From an uncultured bacterium (GTDB taxonomy: Bacteria; Spirochaetota; Spirochaetia; Treponematales; UBA12059): DNA of 51,441 nt. Of the stretch, positions 26,905 through 38,062 are shown piece by piece. Within the stretch, counting starts at the first letter, position 1. The number at the start of each line of letters is the position of its first letter. Both the position numbers and the translations under genes were made by a program. A model generated the notes under the pieces. The model made no database searches. It saw only the letters and a list, made by a program, of their open reading frames with translations, and was not told the DNA's origin. The DNA is taken from assembly GCA_964293355.1 (NCBI GenBank), contig CAXZAJ010000001.1, forward strand, positions 1 through 51,441. Reading direction: 5' to 3'.

Positions 26905-29034
26905 GTGGCTGACATAAAGATCAAATGGAACGCACGAGCGTCCATCGGCACGCGGATAGCCCTGATATTCGGCCTTTCAACGTTTGTGGTCCTGGCAATC
27001 CTGGGTATCGTAATAGCCCAGAACTCGTTTAAAAGCGCCAAAACCCTCGCCGAGGGGTATTCCCTGGAAATAGTCCGGGCGCGCGCCGACGAGCTTTCCT
27101 CCCTGCTTTTACGCTATATGCGTTTCGCGGAGGACATGGCTATCCGCGATGTCATGATTCGGGGCAACAAAGACGAGATACGCGCAATGCTGCGTAATCT
27201 GGATACGCAGGTTTCAGATGAATTCGACGGAACCTTCGTCGCCTGGAATGATGGTGCCTTCATCACCTTGAAAGGAGAGACCGGCACCATTTCTGACCGC
27301 GACTACTTCAAGGAGATCATGCGAGGCACCACCAACAGTGCCGTGGCAAATCCGGTCATATCAAAAGCCACGGGCAAGCCCATCGTCGTAGTCGCGGCCG
27401 CGATCAAGCGAAACGGCAAGAACGACGGGATCGTGGGTATCCAGATCACTCTGGAAAACCTGTCCAGAACCGCTACATCGGTCAAGTTTGGTGAGACCGG
27501 TTCTGGGTTCATCGTGGACGGAACGGGTCTCGTGATAGCTCATGCCACCCCCGAATTGGTTATGAAACTGAATACACTCGACAGCGCCGAATCTGGCATG
27601 AAAGGCCTGGACGAGGGTGGCCGGAAAATGCTGCTGGGGGAAACCTTCTCACTGGAGATCACCAAGCCTGACGGCGAAGTGATGATCCTGTTCGCCGCGC
27701 CCGTGCAGGGGACACCGACATGGAGCTTCGGCGTGACGCAGGCGAAAGCCGAGATCCAGAAGAGCGGACGGGATATCGCGTTCCTCGTCGTGGCCTTCAG
27801 CGCCGTGGCGGTGCTCATCATAATCCTCCTGTCCATCCTGATCGGCCGCTCGATAGCAAGGCCGATCGGGCTGGCGGTCGATCATCTGAAACTGGTAGCC
27901 ACGGGCGACATCCGCAGGGATGTTCCGGAGGCCTTCCTCAGACGGGGTGACGAAATAGGCAACCTGGGCAGGGCCATCCAGACGCTGTCAACGGATCTCA
28001 GGCACATCGTTGTCGAGGTGCAGAACGGTTCAGCCTCCGTGCTTGAAAACGCCAACGAGCTGTCTGAGGCTGCCGCGCAGATGGCCACCGGCATAGCAGG
28101 CATAGCGGATTCCAGCCAGCAGCTCTCGCAAGGCGCTACGGAACAGGCCGCGAGCGCCGAGGAAGTATCCGCCAGCGTTGAGCAGATGGGCGCCAACATC
28201 AAGCAGAACGCCGACAACTCCACGCAGACCGAGCGCATTTCCTCCAAAGCCGCCGGCGACGCCAAGCAGGGAGCCGCCGCGGTGGCCGAGACCGTCAGCG
28301 CCATGCGCCAGATCGCGGAAAAAATCGGCATCATAGAAGAAATAGCGCGCCAGACGAACATGCTGTCGCTGAACGCCAGCATCGAGGCGGCGCGGGCCGG
28401 CGAGCACGGCAAGGGTTTCGCCGTGGTGGCCAGCGAAGTAGGCAAGCTCGCGGAGCGCAGCAAGCTGGCCGCCGGCGAGATTTCCACCCTGTCAAAGCAC
28501 AGTGTCGATGTGGCAGAAAAAGCAGGCACGATGCTGCAGAACATGGTTCCGGACATCCAGAAGACCGCGGAACTCGTGCAGGAAATCAGCGTTGCCAGCA
28601 GGGAACAGGATACCGGCACCCAGCAGATCAATCAGGCAATCGCCCAGCTCGATACCGTCATCCAGCAGAACGCTTCGATTTCCGAGGAATTCAGTGCCAC
28701 CAGCGAAGAGATTGCCAGCCAGGCAACGATGGTTGCGGGTACGACCAATGAACTGGCCCAGCTGGCTCAAAAGCTCAAGGAAGTCATCTCGTTCTTCAAG
28801 GTTGACGCCGCCGTTTCGGCAACCACATCAGGCACCACAACCAGATCCGAAGAAGTGCTGCCATCCAGAAAACAGCTCCGAGGGACACTTCCTCCGTCAG
28901 GCAGGTCCATGGAACAAAGATCCGCGGAGCACGGGGCCCCGGTAAGGACCAGAAGCTCATCAACGGGCATAACCGTCAGGAATGCTCCGTCCGCATCGAA
29001 CAAGGCCAATGACGACGACTTCATCGAATACTGA
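26905..29034 (+). CDS. methyl-accepting chemotaxis protein 3 (double-Cache sensor, HAMP, MA domain, C-terminal DFIEY tail)
   Basis: GTG 26905 is preceded by an AGGGGGA RBS. The ORF-track extension back to 26758 crosses the hairpin and the AT-rich gap. dCache-like DRDYFKEIM...[20 protein letters not shown]...GIVGIQITL...[13 protein letters not shown]. Confidence 0.85.
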   Translation: MADIKIKWNARASIGTRIALIFGLSTFVVLAILGIVIAQNSFKSAKTLAEGYSLEIVRARADELSSLLLRYMRFAEDMAIRDVMIRGNKDEIRAMLRNLDTQVSDEFDGTFVAWNDGAFITLKGETGTISDRDYFKEIMRGTTNSAVANPVISKATGKPIVVVAAAIKRNGKNDGIVGIQITLENLSRTATSVKFGETGSGFIVDGTGLVIAHATPELVMKLNTLDSAESGMKGLDEGGRKMLLGETFSLEITKPDGEVMILFAAPVQGTPTWSFGVTQAKAEIQKSGRDIAFLVVAFSAVAVLIIILLSILIGRSIARPIGLAVDHLKLVATGDIRRDVPEAFLRRGDEIGNLGRAIQTLSTDLRHIVVEVQNGSASVLENANELSEAAAQMATGIAGIADSSQQLSQGATEQAASAEEVSASVEQMGANIKQNADNSTQTERISSKAAGDAKQGAAAVAETVSAMRQIAEKIGIIEEIARQTNMLSLNASIEAARAGEHGKGFAVVASEVGKLAERSKLAAGEISTLSKHSVDVAEKAGTMLQNMVPDIQKTAELVQEISVASREQDTGTQQINQAIAQLDTVIQQNASISEEFSATSEEIASQATMVAGTTNELAQLAQKLKEVISFFKVDAAVSATTSGTTTRSEEVLPSRKQLRGTLPPSGRSMEQRSAEHGAPVRTRSSSTGITVRNAPSASNKANDDDFIEY

Positions 29035-29063
29035 TGCGCTATGATTGATAAGAGGAGCTTGCC

Positions 29064-31157
29064 ATGAAACTCAGGACCGCTTTTTCACTGTTCATCGTCG
29101 TGGCGTTGATCATCGGCGTCGCGACGTCCTTGATCATGGGAATCCTGCCTGCCCGGTCGTACATCCAGGAGAACTTCCTCGATGTGATAGACGAGATCGT
29201 GGAGTCGTCAAAATCGGGAATAGAAACCGAGATAGCCCGCGGCTGGGAAGTCTCCCTGGCGCTCGCCCGCAGCCCATTCCTGGTGGAGTGGCTCACGGGC
29301 GATGAAAAGGATGTAGCCCTGGGCAAGAAAGTCCTTGCCACCACCAAGGAATATGCCTCCAGGACAGGCTTCTCGTCGGCTTTCATAGCCAACAAGTCCA
29401 CGGGCTCCTTCTACATCGGCGATGCCTTGATAAACACGCTGTCCACCAGCAAGCCCGATGATTCGTGGTTCTTCGACGTACTGGCCTCCAGCACGGAACT
29501 GAGCCTGAACCTCGACCACAACGAGCAACTCGGTACCACAGCGCTGTGGTTCAACACGAGGGTACTGTCTGGAACCGACGCGGTAGGCGTCGCGGGTATA
29601 GCATTGTCGTTGGACAAGGTCGTCTCGGATTTCACCAAGGCGGTACCCAGCGCTCGAAGCAGCCTGCACCTTGTCGATTCAAAAGGCATGATAGTCGTAT
29701 CGTCGGATGAAGAAACCATAGGAAACAAGCTTTCAGCCATTATCGACAGCGAAACGAAGGGCGTTGCAGGGCGAAAGGACATCAAGACGTTTGAGCATCC
29801 GGCGTACGGCCTGACGGTGTTCTCTGAGGCAGCTATACTCCAATCCGGTTACACCATGGTATTTGAAGGTCCGGTTGCCGACTTTGTGCCATCGTTCTGG
29901 GACCTGAGCGGCCGCTCCATACTCTTTACAGCCATATTCACCGCGCTGGTGGTTGCTGGTGCGGTACTGTTCAGCTCCAGGTACTTTGCCGCACCCATCC
30001 TTACCATGAACCAGATGGCCATCGCGCTCGCTTCGGGTGACCTCACTGACCATGGCAATTCCGCGATCGAACGCCGACATGACGAAATCGGAACGCTCTA
30101 CGGATCACTCCAGGGTACCGTTGAAAAGCTCCGGTCGGTGGTCTCCAATGTCCAGTCCGCGGGCGACAAGGTAGCAAGCGTTTCGCGGGAGCTGTCCGTT
30201 TCCGCGGACCAGATGTCCAAGGGAATCCAGGGCATCGCGAACTCCAGCCAGCAACTCTCACAAGGCGCTACGGAACAGGCCGCGAGCGCCGAGGAAGTGT
30301 CGGCCAGCGTTGAGCAGATGGGCGCCAACATCAAGCAGAACGCGGACAACTCTACGCAGACAGAACGCATTTCAGCCAAGGCGGCCGGAGATGCCCGGCA
30401 AGGCGCGGCGGCCGTCGCCGAGACGGTCATCGCGATGCGCCAAATAGTCGAAAAAACCGCGATAATTGAAGAAATAGCGCGCTCCACCAACATGCTGTCA
30501 CTGAACGCCAGCATCGAAGCTGCGCGGGCCGGAGAACACGGCAAGGGCTTCGCCGTGGTGGCCAGCGAAGTGGGCAAACTGGCGGAACGCAGCAAGATCG
30601 CGGCCGGCGAGATATCCACGCTCTCCAAGCGCAGCGTCGACGTGGCCGAGAAGGCCGGAGCGATGCTGCAGAGCATGGTGCCGGACATCCAGAAGACCGC
30701 GGAACTCGTGCAGGAGATCAGCGTGGCCAGCCGTGAACAGGATACGGGTACCCAGCAGATAAACCAGGCCATCGCCCAGCTGGACACGGTCATCCAGCAG
30801 AATGCCTCGATCTCCGAAGAATTCAGCGCCACCAGCGAGGAGATCGCCAGCCAGGCCGCCCTGGTCGCGGACACCACCGAGGAACTGGCGGCTCAAGCAT
30901 CGAACCTCAAGAAGGCGGTGGCGTTCTTCAGGCTCGACGATTCCGCCACAGCGGCTCCAGTAGCCAAACGGGAACCGCAGCCAGAGCAGGCTGCGTCCCG
31001 TTCAGCGACCGGTTCAGCGACAAGGCCACCTGCTGCTGCAGCCAGCCCCGAGACACGTACCGCTGTCGTTCCGCGAAAAATGCCAGGCACGGCAATAACC
31101 CTGAGGCAACCTGCCTCAAAGTCATCCGTAGACGATACTGACTTTATTGAATACTAG
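29064..31157 (+). CDS. methyl-accepting chemotaxis protein 4 (Cache-like periplasmic sensor, HAMP, MA domain, DFIEY tail)
   Basis: Two TM segments flank a ~270-aa sensor. Conserved MA module. AGGAG RBS upstream. Confidence 0.88.
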   Translation: MKLRTAFSLFIVVALIIGVATSLIMGILPARSYIQENFLDVIDEIVESSKSGIETEIARGWEVSLALARSPFLVEWLTGDEKDVALGKKVLATTKEYASRTGFSSAFIANKSTGSFYIGDALINTLSTSKPDDSWFFDVLASSTELSLNLDHNEQLGTTALWFNTRVLSGTDAVGVAGIALSLDKVVSDFTKAVPSARSSLHLVDSKGMIVVSSDEETIGNKLSAIIDSETKGVAGRKDIKTFEHPAYGLTVFSEAAILQSGYTMVFEGPVADFVPSFWDLSGRSILFTAIFTALVVAGAVLFSSRYFAAPILTMNQMAIALASGDLTDHGNSAIERRHDEIGTLYGSLQGTVEKLRSVVSNVQSAGDKVASVSRELSVSADQMSKGIQGIANSSQQLSQGATEQAASAEEVSASVEQMGANIKQNADNSTQTERISAKAAGDARQGAAAVAETVIAMRQIVEKTAIIEEIARSTNMLSLNASIEAARAGEHGKGFAVVASEVGKLAERSKIAAGEISTLSKRSVDVAEKAGAMLQSMVPDIQKTAELVQEISVASREQDTGTQQINQAIAQLDTVIQQNASISEEFSATSEEIASQAALVADTTEELAAQASNLKKAVAFFRLDDSATAAPVAKREPQPEQAASRSATGSATRPPAAAASPETRTAVVPRKMPGTAITLRQPASKSSVDDTDFIEY

Positions 31158-31199
31158 TAACCTGATTGAAAAAGCCTGTATTCCAGGCAAGGAGCGTGC

Positions 31200-33392
31200 A
31201 TGAAACTTCAGACCAGACTGTCGGTTGCCTACGGGATCATCTCGATACTGGGATTCAGCGCCGTCATCGGCGTAACCACTACCATGACCTATTCGACCAC
31301 CAGAAAGCTCGTGGAATCGACGGCGCTCGAGATGGGTGGCAAGGCCAGCCTGGAGCTTCCCGAACCCTTCACCACAGCTCTGGCAAAGACTAGCACGCTC
31401 GCGCGGACCCTCGCGGTAACCAAGGACAGCGCTGATCCCCGGAACACTGCCCTGCGGATAATCCAGGCCGAGTTTGAAGGCAACACCCAGTATGGCGGCG
31501 TGTGGGCGACGTTTGAACCCGACGCCTTTGATGGTGCCGACGACCAGCACCGTGGATCGCCTGGCTCCGCGGATGACGGCCGTTTTGCCCCCTACTGGAA
31601 CAGGTTCGCCGGTACGCCGATGCTTGAACATACCGTCGATTACGATAATCCAGGTGAAGCGGGACTCTACTACACCGAGCCCTTCAAGACCGGCAAGCCG
31701 TACATCGTCAAGCCGGTGGAATACCTGATCGCCGGCAAGATGACGCTCGCTGTATCGGTTTGCATGCCGATTTTCTATAAAGGCAAGACCATCGGCGTGG
31801 CAGGAGTCGACTTTGCCATGGATGCGATAAGGGACATCAACGCGGCCGTAAAACCCTATGGAACCGGCTATGCCTACCTCTTGTCTACCGATGGCAGCAT
31901 AACTGCCCACCCCGACACCGAGATGGTTGGCAAGAATATTACTGAAGGCTCCGCTCCAAAGGATCAGGCCGGCATCCTGGAAAAGATAGGTTCGGGAACC
32001 ACCTGGACGGGGTCCTACACTGAAAAAGGTCATGCGTTCTACGTCATCAACTTGCCCGTCAGGTTCACCGATGTCCCGAAACCCTGGAGCATGGGTTTCG
32101 TCATTCCCATGACCACGGTTCTGGAACCGGTATTGGCGCTCGTATACCTGGCTCTGACTGCCGCGGTACTCGCCGTCATCGCATCGGTGATAGCTTCAGT
32201 CTTCATCGCCAGGTCGATAAGCAAACCCATCATGGCCATCTCCGGCGTGGCATCACAACTGGCACGGGGCGACCTCACGATGCGGGTACCCGAGGGACTC
32301 CTCGGCCGCAAGGATGAAATTGGGCTGCTGTCGAATTCCATGCAGACGACACTTGGCCGTCTCGGTGAAGTCGTCAGCGAGGTGCAGGCCTTCAGCGAAA
32401 GCGTTTCTACCAGCGCCGGCGAAGTGTCCACCGCGGCCAGGCAAATGGCCGACGGCATCGCCGGCATAGCAGAGTCCAGCCAGCAACTCTCCCAGGGTGC
32501 TACAGAACAAGCCGCCAGCGCGGAGGAAGTGTCAGCCAGCGTCGAGCAGATGGGCGCCAACATCAAGCAGAACGCGGACAACTCCACGCAGACGGAGCGC
32601 ATATCGGCCAAGGCCGCCGGGGACGCCAGGCAAGGCGCATCGGCCGTTGCGGAAACACTCATCGCGATGCGCCAGATCGTCGAGAAGACAGCCATCATTG
32701 AAGAGATAGCCCGCTCCACCAACATGCTCTCGCTGAACGCCAGCATAGAGGCGGCACGGGCCGGCGAGCATGGCAAGGGTTTCGCGGTCGTGGCCAGTGA
32801 AGTCGGCAAGCTTGCCGAGCGCAGCAAGCTGGCCGCAGGCGAAATATCCACGCTCTCCAAGCGCAGCGTCGATGTGGCGGAAAAAGCCGGGGCCATGTTG
32901 CAGAGCATGGTGCCCGACATCCAGAAGACCGCCGAGCTCGTGCAGGAAATAAGCGTCGCCAGCAGGGAACAGGATACGGGCACCCAACAGATAAACAAGG
33001 CCATTTCCCAGCTGGATACCGTGATACAGCAAAACGCCTCGCTGTCCGAGGAATTCAGCGCCACCAGCGAGGAAATAGCCAGCCAGGCCACGATGGTCGC
33101 GGGTACCACCGAGGAGCTCGCAGCCCAGGCCGGCAAGCTCAAGGAAGCCGTGTCTTTCTTCAGGCTCTCAGCCTCCTCCGGGGCGACCTCCAGCACTCCA
33201 GGCTCCGCCAGGCCCGCAGGCGCCGGTAGCTCAAAAGCTAAATCCGGACGGGACGCCCCGATAGCTTCGCCTGCAGGCAAGGCCAAGGATCGCGCGGCCA
33301 CCGCAGCCGTCAGAAAGGCTTCCACGGCCATTACCCTTAGAAGCGCAAAACCGGACTCCAGGATGGACGATGACGAATTCATCGAATACTGA
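31200..33392 (+). CDS. methyl-accepting chemotaxis protein 5 (double-Cache sensor, HAMP, MA domain, EFIEY tail)
   Basis: dCache-like [19 protein letters not shown]...[22 protein letters not shown]...[16 protein letters not shown]. Conserved MA module. AAGGAG RBS upstream. Confidence 0.9.
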   Translation: MKLQTRLSVAYGIISILGFSAVIGVTTTMTYSTTRKLVESTALEMGGKASLELPEPFTTALAKTSTLARTLAVTKDSADPRNTALRIIQAEFEGNTQYGGVWATFEPDAFDGADDQHRGSPGSADDGRFAPYWNRFAGTPMLEHTVDYDNPGEAGLYYTEPFKTGKPYIVKPVEYLIAGKMTLAVSVCMPIFYKGKTIGVAGVDFAMDAIRDINAAVKPYGTGYAYLLSTDGSITAHPDTEMVGKNITEGSAPKDQAGILEKIGSGTTWTGSYTEKGHAFYVINLPVRFTDVPKPWSMGFVIPMTTVLEPVLALVYLALTAAVLAVIASVIASVFIARSISKPIMAISGVASQLARGDLTMRVPEGLLGRKDEIGLLSNSMQTTLGRLGEVVSEVQAFSESVSTSAGEVSTAARQMADGIAGIAESSQQLSQGATEQAASAEEVSASVEQMGANIKQNADNSTQTERISAKAAGDARQGASAVAETLIAMRQIVEKTAIIEEIARSTNMLSLNASIEAARAGEHGKGFAVVASEVGKLAERSKLAAGEISTLSKRSVDVAEKAGAMLQSMVPDIQKTAELVQEISVASREQDTGTQQINKAISQLDTVIQQNASLSEEFSATSEEIASQATMVAGTTEELAAQAGKLKEAVSFFRLSASSGATSSTPGSARPAGAGSSKAKSGRDAPIASPAGKAKDRAATAAVRKASTAITLRSAKPDSRMDDDEFIEY

Positions 33393-33416
33393 GGGAAATC
33401 AAGAAAGGAACTTGCC

Positions 33417-35027
33417 ATGAGGATCAGATCACGACTTACACTGGGTTTCTCTTCAATAGTATTGCTTTTGCTCGCCATAACCTTTTTCAGCATAACGTTG
33501 CTGAGGTCCACATCAGGGAATCTCCTGATCGTCGTGCAGGAGTTTCTGCCTTCCATCGACTTCCTGGAACAGGCCGACCGCGATTACTATCAGCTCATCG
33601 AGGCGGAGCGAACCCAGTTGCTGGTAGCATCGACTGGCGGAGAGGACAAGCGCTGGGGTGAGGCCTGGCAGGAAAATCTCGACCAGGCGATACGACGTAT
33701 GGCCGGCTACGCGGATCTCGCTACGACGGAAGAAGAAAAACAACTCTACGCTGAATATCTTGAGAGCCACAAACAATGGGTCGAGCTGTCAAGACGCGTC
33801 ATGGCTGATTCCAGGGACCGTTCCCCAGGCGCGGCCGGAAAAGCGGCGGCGCTGTCTCTCGGGCCAGCCAGCCAGGCCTTTGATGCGATGCGTGAAACCA
33901 TCAACAAGCTCGAAGAACTGGTGATGAACAATGCCGAAGCGCTCAAGGTCTCGACCGTCAAGTTTACCTCGTTCGCGGTCATCAACATGCTGATCCTTGC
34001 GGGCCTCACGATCGCGTTGACCGTCGCGGTATCCATCTTGCTGACCAGAAGCATAACAAGGCCGCTGCAGGAATGCGTCAACATATCGGATGCCCTCGCC
34101 GCGGGTAACATGGCGGTTCGGGTCGCCGAGCGATGGACTCGAACCAAGGACGAAACCGGTGAATTGGCACGGGCATTGTCCGGAACGGTTGCCAAGCTTT
34201 CCGACGTTCTTGCCAAGGCGCAGAAAACCAGCGATTCGGTTTTTACCGGTGCCAGGGAACTCTCCGATACGGCTCACCAGATGGCCCTCGGCATAGAAGG
34301 AATTTCGAATTCCAGCCAGCAATTATCGCAAGGCGCAACGGAGCAGGCCGCGAGCGCCGAGGAAGTATCGGCCAGCATCGAACAGATGGGTGCCAACATC
34401 AAGCAGAATGCCGACAACTCGACCCAGACCGAGCGGATTTCGTCCAAGGCTGCGAGCGACGCCAGACAAGGCGCGGAAGCGGTTGCCGAGACCGTCGTGG
34501 CCATGCGCCAGATTGTGGAAAAAACCGCCATCATCGAGGAAATTGCCCGTTCCACCAACATGCTCTCGCTGAATGCCAGCATCGAGGCGGCTCGCGCGGG
34601 AGAACACGGCAAAGGATTCGCCGTCGTAGCCAGCGAGGTCGGCAAACTCGCGGAACGCAGCAAGCTGGCGGCGGGAGAAATATCGGCGCTGTCGAAGCGG
34701 AGCGTCGACGTGGCAGAAAAAGCGGGAGCCCTGCTTCAGAGCATGGTGCCGGATATTCAGAAAACCGCGGAACTCGTCCAGGAGATAAGCCTGGCTAGCC
34801 GCGAGCAGGACACGGGCACCCAACAGATAACCCAGGCGATAGCCCAACTGGATTCCGTCATACAGCATAACGCGTCATTGTCAGAGGAATTCAGCGCCAC
34901 CAGCGAGGAAATCGCCAGCCAGGCCACGACGGTGGCTGAGACAACGGAGCAGCTCGCTGAACAAGCCACGATCCTGAAAGATGCCATAGCCTTCTTCAGG
35001 CTTGACGTCACCCAGACCATACAATGA
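33417..35027 (+). CDS. methyl-accepting chemotaxis protein 6 (four-helix-bundle-type sensor, HAMP, MA domain)
   Basis: All-helical ~170-aa periplasmic region between two TM segments. Conserved MA module. No C-terminal tail. Confidence 0.88.
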   Translation: MRIRSRLTLGFSSIVLLLLAITFFSITLLRSTSGNLLIVVQEFLPSIDFLEQADRDYYQLIEAERTQLLVASTGGEDKRWGEAWQENLDQAIRRMAGYADLATTEEEKQLYAEYLESHKQWVELSRRVMADSRDRSPGAAGKAAALSLGPASQAFDAMRETINKLEELVMNNAEALKVSTVKFTSFAVINMLILAGLTIALTVAVSILLTRSITRPLQECVNISDALAAGNMAVRVAERWTRTKDETGELARALSGTVAKLSDVLAKAQKTSDSVFTGARELSDTAHQMALGIEGISNSSQQLSQGATEQAASAEEVSASIEQMGANIKQNADNSTQTERISSKAASDARQGAEAVAETVVAMRQIVEKTAIIEEIARSTNMLSLNASIEAARAGEHGKGFAVVASEVGKLAERSKLAAGEISALSKRSVDVAEKAGALLQSMVPDIQKTAELVQEISLASREQDTGTQQITQAIAQLDSVIQHNASLSEEFSATSEEIASQATTVAETTEQLAEQATILKDAIAFFRLDVTQTIQ

Positions 35028-35040
35028 TGGAGGATTCAAT

Positions 35041-35544
35041 ATGCGCCAGTATTTGACCTTTGAACTGGAAAAGAGGCGGTATGGAGTTGCCGTGGAATTT
35101 GTCAATTCCGTACTCGACACCCAGTTGATCACTCCCCTGCCGCACGGATCCAGCATCGTCACGGGTCTTACGAATGTCAGGGGTAACGTCGTTCCGGTTT
35201 TCGATCCACGTCAGACGCTCAGGCAGACGAAAGTGGACGATATCAGGAACGCAGGCGCTGCCGATGAGTCACTTGAAGACGAAGAAGGCGGCATTGTCAT
35301 CTTCGAGGTTGAAAATGGAACGCTCCTTCCGTTCATAGGCATGCAGGCCGACAGGATAGGCAAGGTCGTCAACCTGGAAGAATCCGACATATCCGCCGTG
35401 CCGGATTTCCTGCCCGAGAATGCCTCGCGCTTCTTTGACGGCTTCTGCTTCGTCGGAGGAACGCGGCACTCGATAATCAACCTGAAAGAACTCGCTTCCA
35501 GGGAATCGCTGTTCAGCGGAAGCGAAGGAGGTCGCCGTGCTTGA
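35041..35544 (+). CDS. cheW: chemotaxis coupling protein CheW
   Basis: QYLTFELEKRRYGVAVEFVNSV ... VTGLTNVRGNVVPVFDPR, a typical CheW N-terminal core. 167 aa. Confidence 0.88.
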   Translation: MRQYLTFELEKRRYGVAVEFVNSVLDTQLITPLPHGSSIVTGLTNVRGNVVPVFDPRQTLRQTKVDDIRNAGAADESLEDEEGGIVIFEVENGTLLPFIGMQADRIGKVVNLEESDISAVPDFLPENASRFFDGFCFVGGTRHSIINLKELASRESLFSGSEGGRRA

Positions 35545-35839
35545 AATTACCGTTTTGGCACCGGAAGACTCTGGTATCTCCGCCGCGGCGGGAATAAAGG
35601 CTGAACTCCTGTCTGCCGTTGGGAAAGCCAGGCCTGGTTCCACCATCATCTTTGACATCAGCAAGGCAAAGCGAGCCGATTCCTCGCTGGCCCAGCTGAT
35701 GATCGCGTTTGAACGCGACGCGGCGGTAAAAGGGTATAAGGCCGTAATCAAGGACGGCGATGCTCAACGTACCCCGCAGACCATGTGCGGTTGCGACTCC
35801 ATGGAAGGCCGGAACGAGGAGGTCAGCCATGAACGATAA
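35537..35839 (+). CDS. STAS-domain protein (anti-sigma-factor-antagonist-like), 100 aa, GTG start
   Basis: FDISKAKRADSSLAQLMIAF resembles the STAS D-x-S...DSS segment. It overlaps the cheW stop by 8 nt and the cheA start by 11 nt. Confidence 0.55.
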   Translation: MLEITVLAPEDSGISAAAGIKAELLSAVGKARPGSTIIFDISKAKRADSSLAQLMIAFERDAAVKGYKAVIKDGDAQRTPQTMCGCDSMEGRNEEVSHER

Positions 35840-37907
35840 ACTCATCGAGACGTTCCTGGACGAAGCGCACGAGCTGCTCGACGGCCTGGAGGATCATCTG
35901 CTGGATCTGGAAAAGAATCCATCAGATGTGGAGGCCATGAACGCGGCGTTCAGGGCGCTCCACTCAATAAAGGGCTCCGCGTCGATGTTCGGCTTTGAAG
36001 CCGTAGGAGCCTTTGCGCACGAGGTGGAAGCCGCCCTGGACCACTTCAGGAGCCTGTCGCTGCCTGCCACGCCGGAACTCTCGGATGCCGTTTTGCGCTC
36101 CCGCGACCATATCCGCGCCTTGCTCGACGCACCTGATTCAGCTTCAACCGAGGAGCGCGAAGACCTCATAGCCACGCTCGCCGCCATAGCCGGCAAGGTA
36201 ACGGAGAAACAGGAGCCGGCACCCGCTGTCACCCCTAAAAAAATTGCCGAATTCAGCTCCAGCGCCTTCAAGACGTTCAGGATACGGTACAAGCCTTCAA
36301 AGGATGCCTACCACCGGGGAGTCAAACCGGAATCACTTGTAAGGGAACTCAGATCGCTGGGTGAGGCCAGCGTACGCTGCGACGCGAGCGGCATACCCGT
36401 ACTGGCAAAACTCGACCCCGAGGACTGCCATCTTTCATGGACCGTGCTGCTCACGACTTCATTGCCCAGGAGCGCCATTGAGGACGTGTTCATTTTCGAG
36501 GAGGGCACGTCTACCGTACAGATCGAGGAAGCCGATCATGATGACGTCTATGATGGCTCCGAGGTGCGCAGGTTGGGCGAGATACTCGCGGCGCGAAGCC
36601 TGCCGGAGAAAGACATCGATGCGGCCCTGTCAAAACAGCGCACGATAGGTGAAATCCTGGTAAAAGACCTGGGTACGCCAAAAGCCGTCGTTGAGGACGC
36701 GCTGTTCGAACAGCAGCACGCCCGCAACATCGTGCAGGCAGCCAGGGAAGAAAGCGACAAGAAGACGATCCGCATACGCTCCGACAAGCTGGACGGCCTC
36801 CTCAACCTCGTGGGAGAGCTCGTTACGGTGCAGGCGCAACTGTCCCAGACGGTCAAGGATTCCGGGGATCGTCACCTGCACGGCATCAGCGATTACGTAA
36901 AGCGGTTGGCTGGAGAGCTCCGGGCGACCTCGATGGAGTTGCGCCTGGTACCCGTTGATTCGCTCTTCGCCAAATTCAAGCGCCTCGCCAGGGACCTCTC
37001 CAAAAACCTGAACAAGGAACTGGAGTTGCGGCTGGAAGGCGGCGAAACCGAGATAGACAAGTCGGTGATAGACGTGCTCAACGATCCGCTGGTCCACCTG
37101 GTACGGAACGCGGCGGACCACGGGCTGGAGCAGACAGCCGAGCGCATCCGCAAGGGCAAGCCTGCAGCCGGTACCATCACCATGAAGGCACAGCACGCGG
37201 GAGCCTTCGTCCGCATCAGCGTTTCCGATGATGGCGAAGGGCTGGACAGGGAGAAAATCCTCCAGAAGGCCATAGACCGCGGACTCGTACCGGCCGACGT
37301 GCGCCTCCCGGACGATGAAGTCGACCAGCTTATCTTCAAACCAGGCTTCTCCACAGCGGACGTCGTATCCAGCGTCTCGGGACGGGGAGTTGGCCTCGAT
37401 GTCGTCAAGACGGCCATAGACCAGCTCGGGGGTATCCTTACCGTACATTCCCAGGAGGGCAAGGGCACCGAATTCAACCTGGACATACCGCTGACGCTCG
37501 CCATCATCGATGGATTCCTCGTCCGATCCGGCGTGCGCATGTACGTTATCCCGCTGTCGTCGGTGGATTCATGCTTCGAGCGGGAGCGCACCAGAGAACC
37601 GGAACGGCTCATCGTCAGGGGCAAGGATTTCATACCCTACGTTTCCTCGCGCGACCTGTTTGGTCAGGACGAGGAAGCGCCGGTACGGGAAGAAGTGGTC
37701 ATCGTCAGCATTTTCGATTCAAAGCTGGCGATCGGCTTCGACCAGGTAATCGGCGGCTACCAGACGGTCATCAAACCGATAGGTGAAATTGCCCGCTTCG
37801 CGGCCGGCATTTCAGGAGCCGCAATCCTGGCTGATGGCGGTATAGCGCTGATTCTGGACGTGGCCGCCCTCGCCCGCTCACACAAAAACACCAGCCCACC
37901 TGCCTGA
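35829..37907 (+). CDS. cheA: chemotaxis histidine kinase CheA
   Basis: Hpt domain with FRALHSIKGSASMFG. Dimerisation, HATPase (LVHLVRNAADHG ... DDGEGLD ... GRGVGLDVV) and C-terminal CheW-like domains. AGGAGG RBS before ATG 35829. Confidence 0.92.
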   Translation: MNDKLIETFLDEAHELLDGLEDHLLDLEKNPSDVEAMNAAFRALHSIKGSASMFGFEAVGAFAHEVEAALDHFRSLSLPATPELSDAVLRSRDHIRALLDAPDSASTEEREDLIATLAAIAGKVTEKQEPAPAVTPKKIAEFSSSAFKTFRIRYKPSKDAYHRGVKPESLVRELRSLGEASVRCDASGIPVLAKLDPEDCHLSWTVLLTTSLPRSAIEDVFIFEEGTSTVQIEEADHDDVYDGSEVRRLGEILAARSLPEKDIDAALSKQRTIGEILVKDLGTPKAVVEDALFEQQHARNIVQAAREESDKKTIRIRSDKLDGLLNLVGELVTVQAQLSQTVKDSGDRHLHGISDYVKRLAGELRATSMELRLVPVDSLFAKFKRLARDLSKNLNKELELRLEGGETEIDKSVIDVLNDPLVHLVRNAADHGLEQTAERIRKGKPAAGTITMKAQHAGAFVRISVSDDGEGLDREKILQKAIDRGLVPADVRLPDDEVDQLIFKPGFSTADVVSSVSGRGVGLDVVKTAIDQLGGILTVHSQEGKGTEFNLDIPLTLAIIDGFLVRSGVRMYVIPLSSVDSCFERERTREPERLIVRGKDFIPYVSSRDLFGQDEEAPVREEVVIVSIFDSKLAIGFDQVIGGYQTVIKPIGEIARFAAGISGAAILADGGIALILDVAALARSHKNTSPPA

Positions 37908-37929
37908 CAGCAAACGCGAGCCATCCATG

Positions 37930-37967
37930 GCCAGGAGGATGCCCCAAACGCATCCTTCTGGCTTTTT
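37930..37967 (+). terminator. rho-independent terminator of the mcp-cheW-STAS-cheA operon
   Basis: GCCAGGAGGATGC-cccaaac-GCATCCTTCTGGC (13-bp stem with one G:U pair) followed by TTTTT. Confidence 0.8.
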
Positions 37968-37999
37968 CAATGATTTCTATTTAAAAAAAGCCCTGAACC

Positions 38000-38028
38000 T
38001 TCACGGATCCGTATATCCGCGTTAGTAT
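38000..38028 (+). promoter_or_regulatory. sigma70-like promoter upstream of exbB
   Basis: TTCACG (38000-38005), 17 nt spacer, TAGTAT (38023-38028), 35 nt upstream of ATG 38063. Confidence 0.4.
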
Positions 38029-38062
38029 CTTAGATAAGAATACCTGAATCACGGAGGCTTGC

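Noticed and set aside
23402-35027. Possibility that the regularly recurring ~1-kb similar blocks are a CRISPR-like or other non-coding repeat array.
   Set aside because: The repeats are the coding MA domains of six intact MCP genes. The units are about 1.6-2.2 kb apart with unique sensor-domain sequence between them, and there are no short direct repeats or spacers.
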